From NCBI GenBank assembly GCA_046485285.1, contig JAWOHE010000098.1, positions 1-36,840 on the forward strand: 36,840 bases of DNA, read 5' to 3'. This document shows positions 1 to 9,648 of this stretch, in pieces (the stretch's first letter is position 1; every line of letters begins with the position of its first letter). Below the pieces are notes generated by a model. It did no database searches. It was not told the DNA's origin and saw only the letters and a list, made by a program, of their open reading frames with translations. This stretch comes from a bacterium. Lineage in GTDB: Bacteria > Hydrothermota > Tepidihabitantia > Tepidihabitantales > Tepidihabitantaceae. A program made the position numbers and the translations under genes.

Positions 1-969
1 CCGGTGGTCAACGGCGGCGCCGATGTCTTCACCGGCAACGACGTCACCCGCAACGGCAGGCCCGAGTTCTTCATCCCGTTCTTCCGCGGGTACGGCGGCA
101 ACCTGTTCATGGTCTGGCTCTATATGTGGGAATCGGTGGGCGGCAACCAGTACGCGAGGGTGCTGGTGGATTCCGGTTTCCGGCAGCACCCGTTCCCGGT
201 TGGCCGGAGCATCTGCGGAGACCTTGACGGCGACGGCATCCAGGAAATCGTCTGGAATACCAATCAGCACGTCGGGGTGTACAACTGTTACAAGCCGGGC
301 AGTTTTATCCGGGTCGGGAACTGGACCAACCGGCATCATCAGCCGATGCCGGGGAACCTCGCCGTGAATATCGCGGACGTCAACTACAACGGCTACAGCA
401 ACCTGATTCTTGCCGGAGATGGTAAGATTACCATACTCGAAGTCGAGGCGGTCCGTCTGCTCCAGCCGACCGGCGGCGAACTGCTGAACCCCGGCGACAC
501 CTGCCTGATTGCCTGGCAGACGTTCCCCAGACCGCACTGTGACTCGGTCTCGCTGTTCCTGCGCTTCGACTCGACCTACCGGTTGGATACGATTGCCACC
601 GGGTTGGCGCCTGATGACAGCGTTTTCCAATGGGTCGTGCCGGACACGATACTCGACTCGGTCTGGGTAATGGCAATCGCCTACGGTCCGGGCTGGCAGC
701 ACGACGAGCACGAACGGCCGCTCCGTGTCGGTCCGGCCGGGGTCAGGGAGACGGAAGCGATTGCCTGGAAGCACTGGCGGCCGCCGACCGTCCTGCGTAG
801 TGGCTTTGTCGTGCCCGAAGGCATCAACGCGCTCCTGTTCGACGCCACCGGCCGGGAGGTGATGGAGCTGCGACCGGGCGACAACGACGTCCGGCATCTT
901 GCGCCCGGGGTGTACTTCGTCCGCAGGCAGGACACCGGCGAGTCGGCCCGGCTGGTGCTGGTGCGGTAG
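1..969 (+). CDS. Secreted FG-GAP/VCBS-repeat protein with Ig-like domain and T9SS-like C-terminal sorting domain (5'-partial)
   Basis: The frame is open from the window edge. It has Ca-binding-type repeats [12 protein letters not shown] and [12 protein letters not shown], a '[17 protein letters not shown]' Ig-like start, and a C-tail [30 protein letters not shown]. Confidence 0.75.
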   Translation, partial: PVVNGGADVFTGNDVTRNGRPEFFIPFFRGYGGNLFMVWLYMWESVGGNQYARVLVDSGFRQHPFPVGRSICGDLDGDGIQEIVWNTNQHVGVYNCYKPGSFIRVGNWTNRHHQPMPGNLAVNIADVNYNGYSNLILAGDGKITILEVEAVRLLQPTGGELLNPGDTCLIAWQTFPRPHCDSVSLFLRFDSTYRLDTIATGLAPDDSVFQWVVPDTILDSVWVMAIAYGPGWQHDEHERPLRVGPAGVRETEAIAWKHWRPPTVLRSGFVVPEGINALLFDATGREVMELRPGDNDVRHLAPGVYFVRRQDTGESARLVLVR

Positions 970-1044
970 GGCCGCAAGCAGTCGGCCCCCGGCCGCAAGT
1001 TGGCGACGCTTCGGCGCCGCGGGGCGGAGCACGAAGGCCCACGC

Positions 1045-1100
1045 CTGCCCTCCACTGCCCCGTCCTGCCGCCTCTGCCCCGCCTCTGCCCGGCTTTGCCG
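1045..1100 (+). repeat. Six (C/T)TGCC(C/G) direct repeats at ~10-bp period upstream of the glyA promoter
   Basis: Copies start at 1045, 1055, 1065, 1074, 1085 and 1095. Confidence 0.55.
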
Positions 1101-1110
1101 CCCCGCTCGT

Positions 1111-1138
1111 TTGACTTGCCGGCCTGCCCCGATATCTT
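1111..1138 (+). promoter_or_regulatory. sigma70-like promoter of glyA
   Basis: TTGACT(1111-1116)-N16-TATCTT(1133-1138), followed by SD AAAGGAG at 1158-1164. Confidence 0.65.
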
Positions 1139-1172
1139 GATGCATCGCCCGGACTGCAAAGGAGTTCCCGAA

Positions 1173-2465
1173 ATGAAGCCTGATGTCCTGAAGAACGCCG
1201 ACCCGGAGATATTCGACGTCGTCCGGAAGGAAACCGACCGCCAGCATAACAACCTCGAGCTCATCGCGTCCGAGAATTTCTGTTCCGAGGCCGTGCTCGC
1301 CGCGCTCGGTTCGTCGCTGACGAACAAGTACGCCGAGGGCTACCCGAAGAAGCGCTACTACGGCGGGTGCCGGTTCGTCGACCAGGGCGAGGAACTCGCC
1401 CGCGAGCGGGCGAAGCAGCTCTTCGGCTGCGACCACGCCAACGTCCAGCCCCACTCCGGCACGAGCGCGAACATCGCCGCCTACCTCGTGCTCGCGAAGG
1501 GCTGCGCCGAGGGCAACCGCGACACCATCCTCGGCCTGAACCTGTCCCACGGCGGCCACCTGTCTCACGGCCACCCGCTGAACTTCTCGGGCCGCTACTT
1601 CAACGTCGTCCAGTACGGCGTCGACGCGAAGACCGAGATGCTCGACTACGCGGAAATCCGGCGGCTGGCGCGCGAGCACAAGCCGAGGGTCATCGTTTCG
1701 GGCGCGTCCGCCTACCCGCGGACGATTGACTTCGCCGCCTTCCAGGAGATCGCCGACGAAGTCGGCGCGGCCCAGCTCGCCGACATCGCCCACATCGCCG
1801 GCCCGATCGCCGCCGGGCTCCACCCGTCGCCGGTCCCCCACGCCGACATCGTCACGACGACGACCCACAAGACCCTGCGCGGCCCGCGCGGCGCGATGAT
1901 GATGTGCAAGGCGAAGTACGCCGAGGAGGTCGACAGGGTCGTCTTCCCCGGGGTCCAGGGCGGTCCGCTCGAGCATTGCATCGCGGCGAAGGCGGTGGCG
2001 TTCAAGGAGGCGCTGGCCGACGAGTTCAAGGACTACCAGCGCCGGACCCTCGCCAACGCCGGGGCGCTGGCCGAGGCGCTCACCGGCCTCGGGTTCCGCA
2101 TCGTCTCGGGCGGCACCGACAACCACCTGATGCTCGTCGACCTCCGCGCCAAGCGGGTGACCGGCCGGGACGCCGAGCGCCTGCTCGGCAAGGTCCGCAT
2201 CACCGTCAACCGGAACACGATTCCGTTCGACCCGGAGAAGCCGTTCATCGCCTCCGGCGTCCGGCTCGGCACGCCGGCCCTGACGACCCGCGGGATGGGC
2301 ACGGCCGAGATGAAGCGGATCGCCGGGCTGATCGACGACGCGATCGCGGCCGGCGACGACGAGGCGGCGATTGCGAAGGTCAAGGCCGGGGTGGCCGAGC
2401 TTGTCGAGGCCTTCCCGCTGTATGCCGAACGCCGGGCCGAGTACTCGGCGCTGGTCGCGGAGTGA
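1173..2465 (+). CDS. glyA: Serine hydroxymethyltransferase
   Basis: Motifs [24 protein letters not shown] and [13 protein letters not shown] (PLP lysine). ATG 1173 follows SD AAAGGAG. Confidence 0.98.
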   Translation: MKPDVLKNADPEIFDVVRKETDRQHNNLELIASENFCSEAVLAALGSSLTNKYAEGYPKKRYYGGCRFVDQGEELARERAKQLFGCDHANVQPHSGTSANIAAYLVLAKGCAEGNRDTILGLNLSHGGHLSHGHPLNFSGRYFNVVQYGVDAKTEMLDYAEIRRLAREHKPRVIVSGASAYPRTIDFAAFQEIADEVGAAQLADIAHIAGPIAAGLHPSPVPHADIVTTTTHKTLRGPRGAMMMCKAKYAEEVDRVVFPGVQGGPLEHCIAAKAVAFKEALADEFKDYQRRTLANAGALAEALTGLGFRIVSGGTDNHLMLVDLRAKRVTGRDAERLLGKVRITVNRNTIPFDPEKPFIASGVRLGTPALTTRGMGTAEMKRIAGLIDDAIAAGDDEAAIAKVKAGVAELVEAFPLYAERRAEYSALVAE

Positions 2466-2586
2466 GCGCAACCACCGGGAACACCGGCCAGCACGGACGC
2501 CGGGACTCCGGCCGGGAGCCGCTGCCGCTTCCCCGCGCTGCAACCGCCGTCCGTGTTAGCCCGTGACTCGATAAGGACCAAAGATC

Positions 2587-3861
2587 ATGAAACGAATCAC
2601 CGACCTGCGTGCCCGCCAGATTCTTGACTCCCGGGGCAACCCGACGATCGAGGTCGACTGCGTGCTCGACGACCGGATAATGGGCCGGGCCTCGGTCCCC
2701 TCCGGCGCCTCGACCGGCACCCACGAGGCGCTCGAACTCCGTGACGGGAACCCGAAGCGCTTCCTCGGCCGGGGCGTCCGCAAAGCGGTCGACAACGTCA
2801 ACACGCTCATCCGCCAGCGGATGCTGGGGATGGATGCGACCGACCAGTTCCGGGTCGACCAGGCCCTGCTCGACCTCGACGGCACCGAGAACAAGTCCAA
2901 GCTCGGCGCGAACGCCATGCTCGGCGTATCGCTGGCGGTGTGCCGGGCGGCCGCGGTCGGCGCCGGCATCCCGATCTACCGCCTGCTGGGCGGCGTCGGC
3001 ACCCGGTTCACCCCGACCCCGCTGCTCAACGTCATCAACGGCGGCGCCCACGCCTCGAACAACCTCGACCTGCAGGAGTACATGGTCGTCCCGGCCGGGT
3101 TCGAGCGACTGTCCGAGGCGCTCCGGTCCGCGACCGAGATCTTCCAGACCCTCAAGTCCATTATCGCCAAACAGGGCAAGCCGACCACGGTCGGCGACGA
3201 GGGTGGCTTCGCGCCCGACTTTGAAGACAACGAGCGACCGCTCGCGGTGATTGTCGACGCCATCAAGTCCGCCGGCTACGTGCCGGGCAAGCAGGTGTTC
3301 CTCGCGCTTGACTCGGCGGCGAGCGAGTTCCACAAGGACGGCGGGTACGTCTTCGACAACCCGGAGCGGCGGCTGATGCGGTCGGCCGAGCTGGTTGACG
3401 TCTACGAGGGCTGGCTCGACCGCTACCCGATAATCTCGATCGAGGACGGGCTTGCCGAAAGCGACTGGGATGGCTGGGAGTTGATGACGAGGCGGCTCGG
3501 CGACCGCGTCCAGCTCGTCGGCGACGACATCTTCGTGACCAACGTCGGCCGGCTCGAGGAAGGCATCGGCCGGAAGATCGCCAACGCGGTCCTGATCAAG
3601 CCGAACCAGATCGGCACGGTCTCCGAGACGCTCGACTGCATCAAGCTCGCGACCGACCGGGGCTACCGGACGGTGATTTCCCACCGTTCGGGCGAGACCG
3701 ACGACCACTTCATCGCCGACCTCGCGGTCGCGGTGAACTCCGGCCAGATCAAGACCGGCGCGCCCTGCCGCGGCGAGCGGGTTGCGAAGTACAACCGGCT
3801 CATCCGCATCGAAGAGCAGGACAGCCTGCCGTACGCCGGCCTGCGCACCCTGCGTCGATGA
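2587..3861 (+). CDS. eno: Enolase
   Basis: Motifs [41 protein letters not shown] and QIKTG. SD AAGGA lies upstream. Confidence 0.98.
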   Translation: MKRITDLRARQILDSRGNPTIEVDCVLDDRIMGRASVPSGASTGTHEALELRDGNPKRFLGRGVRKAVDNVNTLIRQRMLGMDATDQFRVDQALLDLDGTENKSKLGANAMLGVSLAVCRAAAVGAGIPIYRLLGGVGTRFTPTPLLNVINGGAHASNNLDLQEYMVVPAGFERLSEALRSATEIFQTLKSIIAKQGKPTTVGDEGGFAPDFEDNERPLAVIVDAIKSAGYVPGKQVFLALDSAASEFHKDGGYVFDNPERRLMRSAELVDVYEGWLDRYPIISIEDGLAESDWDGWELMTRRLGDRVQLVGDDIFVTNVGRLEEGIGRKIANAVLIKPNQIGTVSETLDCIKLATDRGYRTVISHRSGETDDHFIADLAVAVNSGQIKTGAPCRGERVAKYNRLIRIEEQDSLPYAGLRTLRR

Positions 3862-4217
3862 ACCGGGCGCCACGGCCAGGGCAGAGGCGGGGCGTCCCGT
3901 GGCGCCGCTCCGAAAGCCTGCCGCGGCGGGTTGACCCGGGGCTCGAGTCCCGGTGCCGGGTTCCCTGGTGGCTGGTCGTGCCGCCGCTGGTCCTGCTCGG
4001 CTGGCTCCTGTTCCTGCGCGGGCCGAACGGGCTGGCGCGGATTGCCGGCAACTGGCAGAAGGTCCGGGCCGGCGACGCCCGGCTCGGTTCGCTTCACCGC
4101 CAGGTCGACAGCCTCGAATCGCTCAAGGCGCTGCTCTCCGACACCGCCTTCGTCCGCCGCTACGCCGCCGGCGTGCTCGGCGCGGACTCGACGCCACCCG
4201 ACGACAGCCTGCCCTGA
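3858..4217 (+). CDS. Septum formation initiator family (FtsB/DivIC-like) membrane protein
   Basis: ATGA overlap with eno, matching the classic eno-ftsB synteny. It has one TM helix, a GPNG motif, a coiled coil and a '[12 protein letters not shown]' segment resembling D...IE..AR..LG. Confidence 0.7.
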   Translation: MNRAPRPGQRRGVPWRRSESLPRRVDPGLESRCRVPWWLVVPPLVLLGWLLFLRGPNGLARIAGNWQKVRAGDARLGSLHRQVDSLESLKALLSDTAFVRRYAAGVLGADSTPPDDSLP

Positions 4218-4990
4218 GTCCCGGGCAGGAGCAGGACCGGTCGGCCCGTGTCCGGGTGTCGGATGATGACCGGCTCGACACCGTAGACCGCGCGGACGAG
4301 TTCGCCGGTGAGTACCTCGGCCGGCGGCCCGAGCGCAACCGCCCTGCCGTCCTTGAGCACCAGCAGGCGCCGGCAGTTGGCGACCGCAAAGTTGACGTCG
4401 TGGGACACGACGACGACTGTCCGCCCCTGCGCGTTGAGCCGGGCAAGCGCGCCGCTCAGCCGGTCGAGGTGGGCGAGGTCGAGGTGACTGCCGGGCTCGT
4501 CGAGCAGCAGCGCCGGCGTCGCCTGGGCCAGCGCCCGAGCCACCACCGCCCGCTGGCGCTCCCCGCCCGACACCTCGTCAATCCGTGCCTGCCGAAGCTC
4601 GAGCAGGTCCATCGCCGCGAGCGCCTCCTCGACCTGGCGTCGGTCCTCGTCCCCGGCCGTGCCGAACCGGCCCAGCCAGGGATTGCGGCCCATCAGCACG
4701 GTCTCCTCGATCGTGAAGTCGAGCGCGAACTGGCTGTGCTGAGGCACGACCGCGACCAGTCGGGCGAGCGCCATCCGGCTCGCACCCCGGGTGTCCCGGC
4801 CCGCCACTGTTACCCGGCCGGCATCGGGCCGGACAAGTCCGGCGAGCAGCCGGAGGAGCGTTGACTTGCCCGCGCCGTTGGGGCCGACGACCGCGAGGTA
4901 GTCGCCGGCCGGGACTTGAAGCTCGAAACCCGCGAACAGCGGCCGGCCCGGGTAGCCGAACCCGAGCAACTCCGCCCGGAGGCCGGTCAC
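4160..4990 (-). CDS. Cobalamin/iron-chelate ABC transporter ATP-binding subunit (BtuD/FecE family)
   Basis: Walker A GPNGAGKST, signature VSGGERQR, Walker B LLLDEP and SHD. The GTG start at 4990 overlaps the permease stop (GTGA). Confidence 0.9.
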   Translation of the reverse strand: MTGLRAELLGFGYPGRPLFAGFELQVPAGDYLAVVGPNGAGKSTLLRLLAGLVRPDAGRVTVAGRDTRGASRMALARLVAVVPQHSQFALDFTIEETVLMGRNPWLGRFGTAGDEDRRQVEEALAAMDLLELRQARIDEVSGGERQRAVVARALAQATPALLLDEPGSHLDLAHLDRLSGALARLNAQGRTVVVVSHDVNFAVANCRRLLVLKDGRAVALGPPAEVLTGELVRAVYGVEPVIIRHPDTGRPVLLLPGTQGRLSSGGVESAPSTPAA

Positions 4991-5958
4991 AGCCGCGTCC
5001 TCAGGAGGTAGATGAAGAAGGGCACGCCGATGAACGCGGTGACCACCGAGAGCGGCAGCCCGCCCGGCACGATGCTCCGGGCCACGACGTCGGCCAGCAG
5101 CAGCGTCGCCGCGCCGAGTCCGAAGGCAACCGGCATCACGCGCCGGTGGCGCGGCCCGACCAGGAAGCGGGCGACGTGCGGCACGACAAGGCCGACGAAG
5201 CTGATTGCGCCGGTGAACGCGACGACGATGCCGACCGCCAGCGCGGTGACGCCGAACACGAACCCGGTCGTCCGGCCGACCGCGACGCCGAGGCTCGCCG
5301 CCGGCTCGTCGCCGGTCGAGATGATGTCGAGGTCGCGCCCGAGGACGAACAGCACCGCACAGCCGGCCAGCACCAGCACCGCACCGGGCAGGAACACACC
5401 CAGCGAGCCGGTGGTGAAGGTGAACCCGAGGTGGCCCATCAACACGTAGACCGCCTCGCCCAGCGTCCGCCGGCCGAGCAGGACGAGCAGCATCACCGCG
5501 CTCGACATCAGGAAGCTGGTGATGACGCCGGCAAGAACCAGCGCGGTGACGCCGACCCTGCCCCGCACCCGCGCCAGACCGTAGACGAGAAACGCGGTCC
5601 CCGCCGCGCCGGCGATGCCGAACAGCGGCGAGACGACGCTCGAGGCGAGACCCAGGAACGCGGCCAGCGTCGTGCCGAAGGCCGCGCCGCTCGATACCCC
5701 GAGCGTGAACGGGTCGGCAAGCGGGTTCCGCAGCAGCCCCTGCACCGCCGCGCCGGTTAGCGCCAGCGTGCCGCCCGCCAAGATGCCGAGCGCGACCCGC
5801 AGGACCCGCAGGGCCGCAACCGACCCCGGCAGCCGCCAGGCCGGTCCGCCCGGGCCGCAGGCCAGCGCGACCAGGACTGCGGCCGCGACGAACAGACCAA
5901 CAAGAATCGCTCCGCCGCCTGCCGGCGGACGAGCGCGTCGGACGGGCGGGGCGCTCAC
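4987..5958 (-). CDS. Cobalamin/iron-chelate ABC transporter permease (BtuC/FecCD family)
   Basis: Motifs QGLLRNPLADPFTLGVSSGA and GAISFVGLVVPH, with many TM helices. Confidence 0.92.
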   Translation of the reverse strand: MSAPPVRRARPPAGGGAILVGLFVAAAVLVALACGPGGPAWRLPGSVAALRVLRVALGILAGGTLALTGAAVQGLLRNPLADPFTLGVSSGAAFGTTLAAFLGLASSVVSPLFGIAGAAGTAFLVYGLARVRGRVGVTALVLAGVITSFLMSSAVMLLVLLGRRTLGEAVYVLMGHLGFTFTTGSLGVFLPGAVLVLAGCAVLFVLGRDLDIISTGDEPAASLGVAVGRTTGFVFGVTALAVGIVVAFTGAISFVGLVVPHVARFLVGPRHRRVMPVAFGLGAATLLLADVVARSIVPGGLPLSVVTAFIGVPFFIYLLRTRL

Positions 5959-6800
5959 TCGACCCCGACCGCCCGCACGACCCGCTCGTGCAGACGCCGG
6001 CCCAGCAACTCGATGCCCTCAACCGACCGGGGCCCCGGCCGCACGAGCAGGTTCTCGTCAATGTCGGCGATGAGCTGGCCGGACCGGACCGCCGCGAGGC
6101 CCGCCCAGCCTAGGCGGCTCCGCACCTCGGCCGGGGTCGCGGCGGGATGCGCGAGCAGTATCGCACCGGGGTTGCGCCGGATGACGTCCTCCGAGCTGAC
6201 CACCGGGTAAGACCGGTCAATGTCATCAAAGACATTCCGGCCGCCGGCGAGTCGGACCGCGTCGCTGAGAAACGTCCCCCGGCCCGCGGTCACGAGTGGG
6301 CTGTTCGACAGCTCGACGAAGACACCCGGCGTGTCCAGCCAGGACGGGAGGGTGGCGAGCCGGGCGCGCAGGTTCCGGACCAGCGCTTCCGCCGACTGAT
6401 CCCGACCGATTGCCCGGCCGATTGCGGAGATGTCGTCGAGCAGGGCATCTAGGCTGTGCGGGTCGGAGACGTGGTAGCTGATGCCGAGCTCAGCGAGCTT
6501 CTCGACCACCGGCGCGTGGACCGGCAGGGCAAGGAAGACAACGTCCGGTCTGAGCCCGACGATGTGCTCGACGTCGGGCTGGTAGAAACTGCCGACCTTC
6601 CTGACTCGCCGGGCCGCTTCCGGCCAGTCGCAGGAGGTCGTATTCCCGACGAGTCGGTCGCCGGCCCCCAACGCATAGATAGTCTCGGTAACGCTGGGAA
6701 TCAGCGATACCAGAATGATTTGCCGCCGCTCAGGTGGTTCTGGGCTGCCGCAGGCGAGTATCGACAGACAGGCGACGGCGATGACCGCCGCGCGGCTCAA
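5955..6800 (-). CDS. Cobalamin/iron-chelate substrate-binding lipoprotein (BtuF-like)
   Basis: Lipobox LSILAC, motifs VSLIPSVTETIYALG, CDWP and RPGPR. It lies in an operon with the permease and ATPase. Confidence 0.85.
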   Translation of the reverse strand: MSRAAVIAVACLSILACGSPEPPERRQIILVSLIPSVTETIYALGAGDRLVGNTTSCDWPEAARRVRKVGSFYQPDVEHIVGLRPDVVFLALPVHAPVVEKLAELGISYHVSDPHSLDALLDDISAIGRAIGRDQSAEALVRNLRARLATLPSWLDTPGVFVELSNSPLVTAGRGTFLSDAVRLAGGRNVFDDIDRSYPVVSSEDVIRRNPGAILLAHPAATPAEVRSRLGWAGLAAVRSGQLIADIDENLLVRPGPRSVEGIELLGRRLHERVVRAVGVE

Positions 6801-7618
6801 TCGGTCTCCTCGCCCCGGCTCTCTTCCCCGACCGGCCCGGCACCGGCCGTGTGGTTAACCTTGTGGCCGGCTATTACGAAGACCGTGTGGGCGACCATCC
6901 GGTCGGCCGGCCGCACCCCGGATGGTCGGACAAGCAGACCGCGCTCAAGCGTCTCCCGGACCCTGATGCGGCTGAAACCGACCAGTTCCATTGCCGAGAC
7001 CGTCCGCCGGACCTGCTCGAAGGTCGGGACGATTGCGATCAGCGGGTGGCCTCCGGCCAGCGCCGCGTGGGCGGCCGGGAGGATGGACCAGGGTTCGGGA
7101 ACGTCAAGAATGACGGTATCGACGCCGACCTGCTCGTAGCCGTCGTGCTCCGGGTCCCGGACGAAGAACTCGCAGTACTGGTCGAGCCCGTAGGCCTCGA
7201 CGTTGCGACGGGCGTTGGCGCTGAACTCCGGCCGCCGCTCGTAGGAGTAGACCCGGCCGTCCGGCCGAACCAGGCTCGCGATGATCGTCGTCAACGCGCC
7301 CGAGCCGGACCCGGTCTCAATGACGCGCATCCCGGGCTGGATCATGCCCTGCATCACCATCACCCCGGCGTCCTTCGGGTAGACTATCGTCGTCTGGCGT
7401 GAGACCTTCATCGCCATGTCGGCCAGCACTGGCCGCAGCAGCCAGAACGGGAAGCCCAGGTGGGTCCGGACCTCGTCGCCCCACTCCCGGCCGATGACGT
7501 CGGGGTAGGCGACATGGCCGCGGTGGGTCGAGAACTGGCCGCGCTCCGGGACGCGCACGAGGTAGTGCATCCGCTCCGAGTTGTACAGGTAGACGTAGTC
7601 GCCGGCCTTTATCGGCAT
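6797..7618 (-). CDS. trmI: tRNA (adenine(58)-N1)-methyltransferase
   Basis: Motifs RQTTIVYPKD, ETGSGSGALT, SYERR, LDVPEP and RP..RMVAHT (GCD14/TrmI family). Confidence 0.9.
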   Translation of the reverse strand: MPIKAGDYVYLYNSERMHYLVRVPERGQFSTHRGHVAYPDVIGREWGDEVRTHLGFPFWLLRPVLADMAMKVSRQTTIVYPKDAGVMVMQGMIQPGMRVIETGSGSGALTTIIASLVRPDGRVYSYERRPEFSANARRNVEAYGLDQYCEFFVRDPEHDGYEQVGVDTVILDVPEPWSILPAAHAALAGGHPLIAIVPTFEQVRRTVSAMELVGFSRIRVRETLERGLLVRPSGVRPADRMVAHTVFVIAGHKVNHTAGAGPVGEESRGEETD

Positions 7619-7624
7619 CTGTCG

Positions 7625-7652
7625 ATTGTAGGCGACCGCCCCGGCCGGTCAA
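7625..7652 (-). promoter_or_regulatory. sigma70-like promoter, predicted leaderless trmI mRNA
   Basis: TTGACC(7652-7647)-N16-TACAAT(7630-7625). ATG follows 6 nt later (7618) with no SD. Confidence 0.7.
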
Positions 7653-7658
7653 GCCAGC

Positions 7659-7686
7659 TTGACACGCGAATGCGGCCGAATACGCT
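7659..7686 (+). promoter_or_regulatory. sigma70-like promoter of the mre operon (divergent from trmI)
   Basis: TTGACA(7659-7664)-N16-TACGCT(7681-7686). An in-frame GTG lies 6 nt later (7693). Confidence 0.6.
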
Positions 7687-7692
7687 ATGGCC

Positions 7693-8736
7693 GTGCAAAT
7701 GCCGTCGTTCCTCCGCGGCCTCGCCGAGCGGTTCACGAATGACATCGCGATCGACCTCGGCACCTCCTCGACCCTGATTTACGTCAAGAGCAAAGGCATC
7801 CAGCTCCGCGAGCCCTCGATCGTTGCTATCGACGAAACCAGCCACGAGGTCGTCGCGGTCGGCACCGAGGCCAAGCGGATGCTGGGTCGCACTCCGGCCG
7901 GCATCCGGGCGTTGCGGCCGATGAAAGACGGCGTCATCGCCGACTTCGGGATGGTCGAGATCATGCTCAAGACTTACATCGGCATGGTCCAGAAGAAGAA
8001 ACTGTTCGTCCGACCCCGCGTCATCGTCTGCGTGCCTTCCGGGATAACCGAGGTCGAGAAGCGGGCGGTCCGCGACTCGGTTGAGGCCTCGGGCGCGCGG
8101 GAAATCTATCTCGTCTCCGAGCCGATCGCGGCCGCGATCGGGGTCGGGCTTCCGGTCGACGCGCCGACCGGCAACATGATTATCGACATCGGCGGCGGGA
8201 CGACTGAGATCGCCGTCGTCGCCCTTTCGGGCGTCGTCAATGCTGCCTCGGTACGGGTCGCCGGTGACGAGATGGACGAGGCGATAATCAACTACGTCAA
8301 GAAGAATTACAACCTGATTATCGGCGCCCAGACCGCAGAGAACATCAAGATCAACATCGGCTCCGCCTACGCCACCGGCAATGAGGAGAAGATGGAAGTC
8401 AAGGGCCGGGACCTCGTCTCCGGGATACCAAAGACCATCACGATCACCAGCTCCAAGCTCCGCGAGTCGCTCGAGGAACCGGTCTCGCTCATCATCGATG
8501 CCGTCCGGCTCGCGCTCGAGAAGACCCCGCCCGAGCTCGCCGCCGACATCGTCGACCGCGGGATCTACATGTGCGGCGGCGGTTCGCTCCTGCGCGGGCT
8601 CGACCTGTTGGTCAAGGAAGAGACCAGCCTGCCGGTCTACGTGGCCGAGAACGCGCTGGAGAGTGTTGTCCGCGGGGCCGGACGGATACTGGAAAACATC
8701 CTGCTGAACGAGAAGCTGGTCCTCAGGACCAAGTAG
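7693..8736 (+). CDS. mreB: Rod shape-determining protein MreB
   Basis: Motifs DIAIDLGT, RPMKDGVIADF, VPSGITEVEKRAV, IIDIGGGTTE and TPPELAADI. The start is uncertain (ATG 7687, GTG 7693 or ATG 7699); 7687 abuts the -10 box. Confidence 0.97.
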   Translation: MQMPSFLRGLAERFTNDIAIDLGTSSTLIYVKSKGIQLREPSIVAIDETSHEVVAVGTEAKRMLGRTPAGIRALRPMKDGVIADFGMVEIMLKTYIGMVQKKKLFVRPRVIVCVPSGITEVEKRAVRDSVEASGAREIYLVSEPIAAAIGVGLPVDAPTGNMIIDIGGGTTEIAVVALSGVVNAASVRVAGDEMDEAIINYVKKNYNLIIGAQTAENIKINIGSAYATGNEEKMEVKGRDLVSGIPKTITITSSKLRESLEEPVSLIIDAVRLALEKTPPELAADIVDRGIYMCGGGSLLRGLDLLVKEETSLPVYVAENALESVVRGAGRILENILLNEKLVLRTK

Positions 8737-8784
8737 CCCGGGACGCCGGGCGAAGCGCCCGCTCCCGAAGGAAGGAGAATCCGG

Positions 8785-9648
8785 ATTCAGGCTCTGTTTC
8801 CCGGCGCCCGACGTCGGGGGACCTTCCAGACCTGGCAGGACCGAGTTGCCTGGGCCATCATCGGTGCCGCGCTGCTGGTGCTCCTCCTACCCCGACCAGT
8901 GGTTCTGCGCGCCATCGTCCCCCTTCAGACCGCTCTACTCGCGCCACTTCGCTGCGCCGGCGCGGTGCGTCGGGTACTACTGCTCCGCGACTCCGAGAAC
9001 GAGCGGCTGTCGCGCCTGGCCGCGGAGCTGGCGGTCGAGAACGCGAGGCTGAACACGGCCAACCGTCTGGCCGACCGTCGTGACCGGTTGCCCGGTGTCC
9101 GCGATGAGCTCGTCCATGCGTCGGTGATCGCCCGCGACCTGGCGACCATGCAGCGTTACCTCATAGTCGGACGCGGCCTGGGCGACGGCGTCCGGCCCGG
9201 CACGCCGGCCATCGTGGCCGAGGGAGTCGTCGGCCGGGTCATTGCGGCCGGCGAGCACCAGGCCCTGGTGCAGACCCTGCTCGACCCGGACTCGCGTGTC
9301 GCCGCAGTCTGCCCGCGCTCATCGGTCATCGGGCTGGTGCGCGCCGACCACGGCGGTCGAATCCTGCTCGACTTCGTCGACCGCGACGCCGACGTCAACC
9401 CTGGCGACACCGTGCTGACCTCCGGGTTCGGCGGTGTCTTCCCCCGGGGCTTGCTGGTCGGCCGGGTGACGGCGGTCGGGAATCGCTCGCCCGAGATATT
9501 CCTGCACGTCGAGATCAGACCGGCCGCCCCGATACGGCGCCTCGAGACGGTGTTCCTGTATCCCCTGCCCGGGCCCATCCCGGAAGCCGGAGACTGGCTC
9601 GACAACCTCCGGCCGCGAGAAGTCTCGATTCCCGGCGAAGAACGATGA
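8785..9648 (+). CDS. mreC: Rod shape-determining protein MreC (probable ATT start)
   Basis: N-terminal TM helix, ENERL/ENARL coiled coil, GVVGRV and GDTVLTSGFGGVFPRGLLVGRV. SD AAGGAG (8772-8777) lies 7 nt before in-frame ATT 8785. Confidence 0.88.
   Translation: MQALFPGARRRGTFQTWQDRVAWAIIGAALLVLLLPRPVVLRAIVPLQTALLAPLRCAGAVRRVLLLRDSENERLSRLAAELAVENARLNTANRLADRRDRLPGVRDELVHASVIARDLATMQRYLIVGRGLGDGVRPGTPAIVAEGVVGRVIAAGEHQALVQTLLDPDSRVAAVCPRSSVIGLVRADHGGRILLDFVDRDADVNPGDTVLTSGFGGVFPRGLLVGRVTAVGNRSPEIFLHVEIRPAAPIRRLETVFLYPLPGPIPEAGDWLDNLRPREVSIPGEER

Noticed and set aside
681-3873. Long antisense ORFs (681-2543, 2380-3873, and likewise 18871-19914, 25879-27513, 28010-29806, 29466-30629)
   Set aside because: These are shadow frames opposite well-conserved genes, expected from high GC3 codon bias, and show no recognisable motifs.
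4160-6061. 633-aa ORF suggesting an extended ABC ATPase
   Set aside because: Only 4160-4990 is ATPase. The upstream part is an alternative frame over the permease, and GTG 4990 gives a standard GTGA coupling.
7693-9648. MreB-MreC fusion by TAG read-through (same frame, single stop at 8734-8736)
   Set aside because: TAG ends other genes here normally, and a strong SD with an in-frame ATT explains independent mreC initiation more simply.
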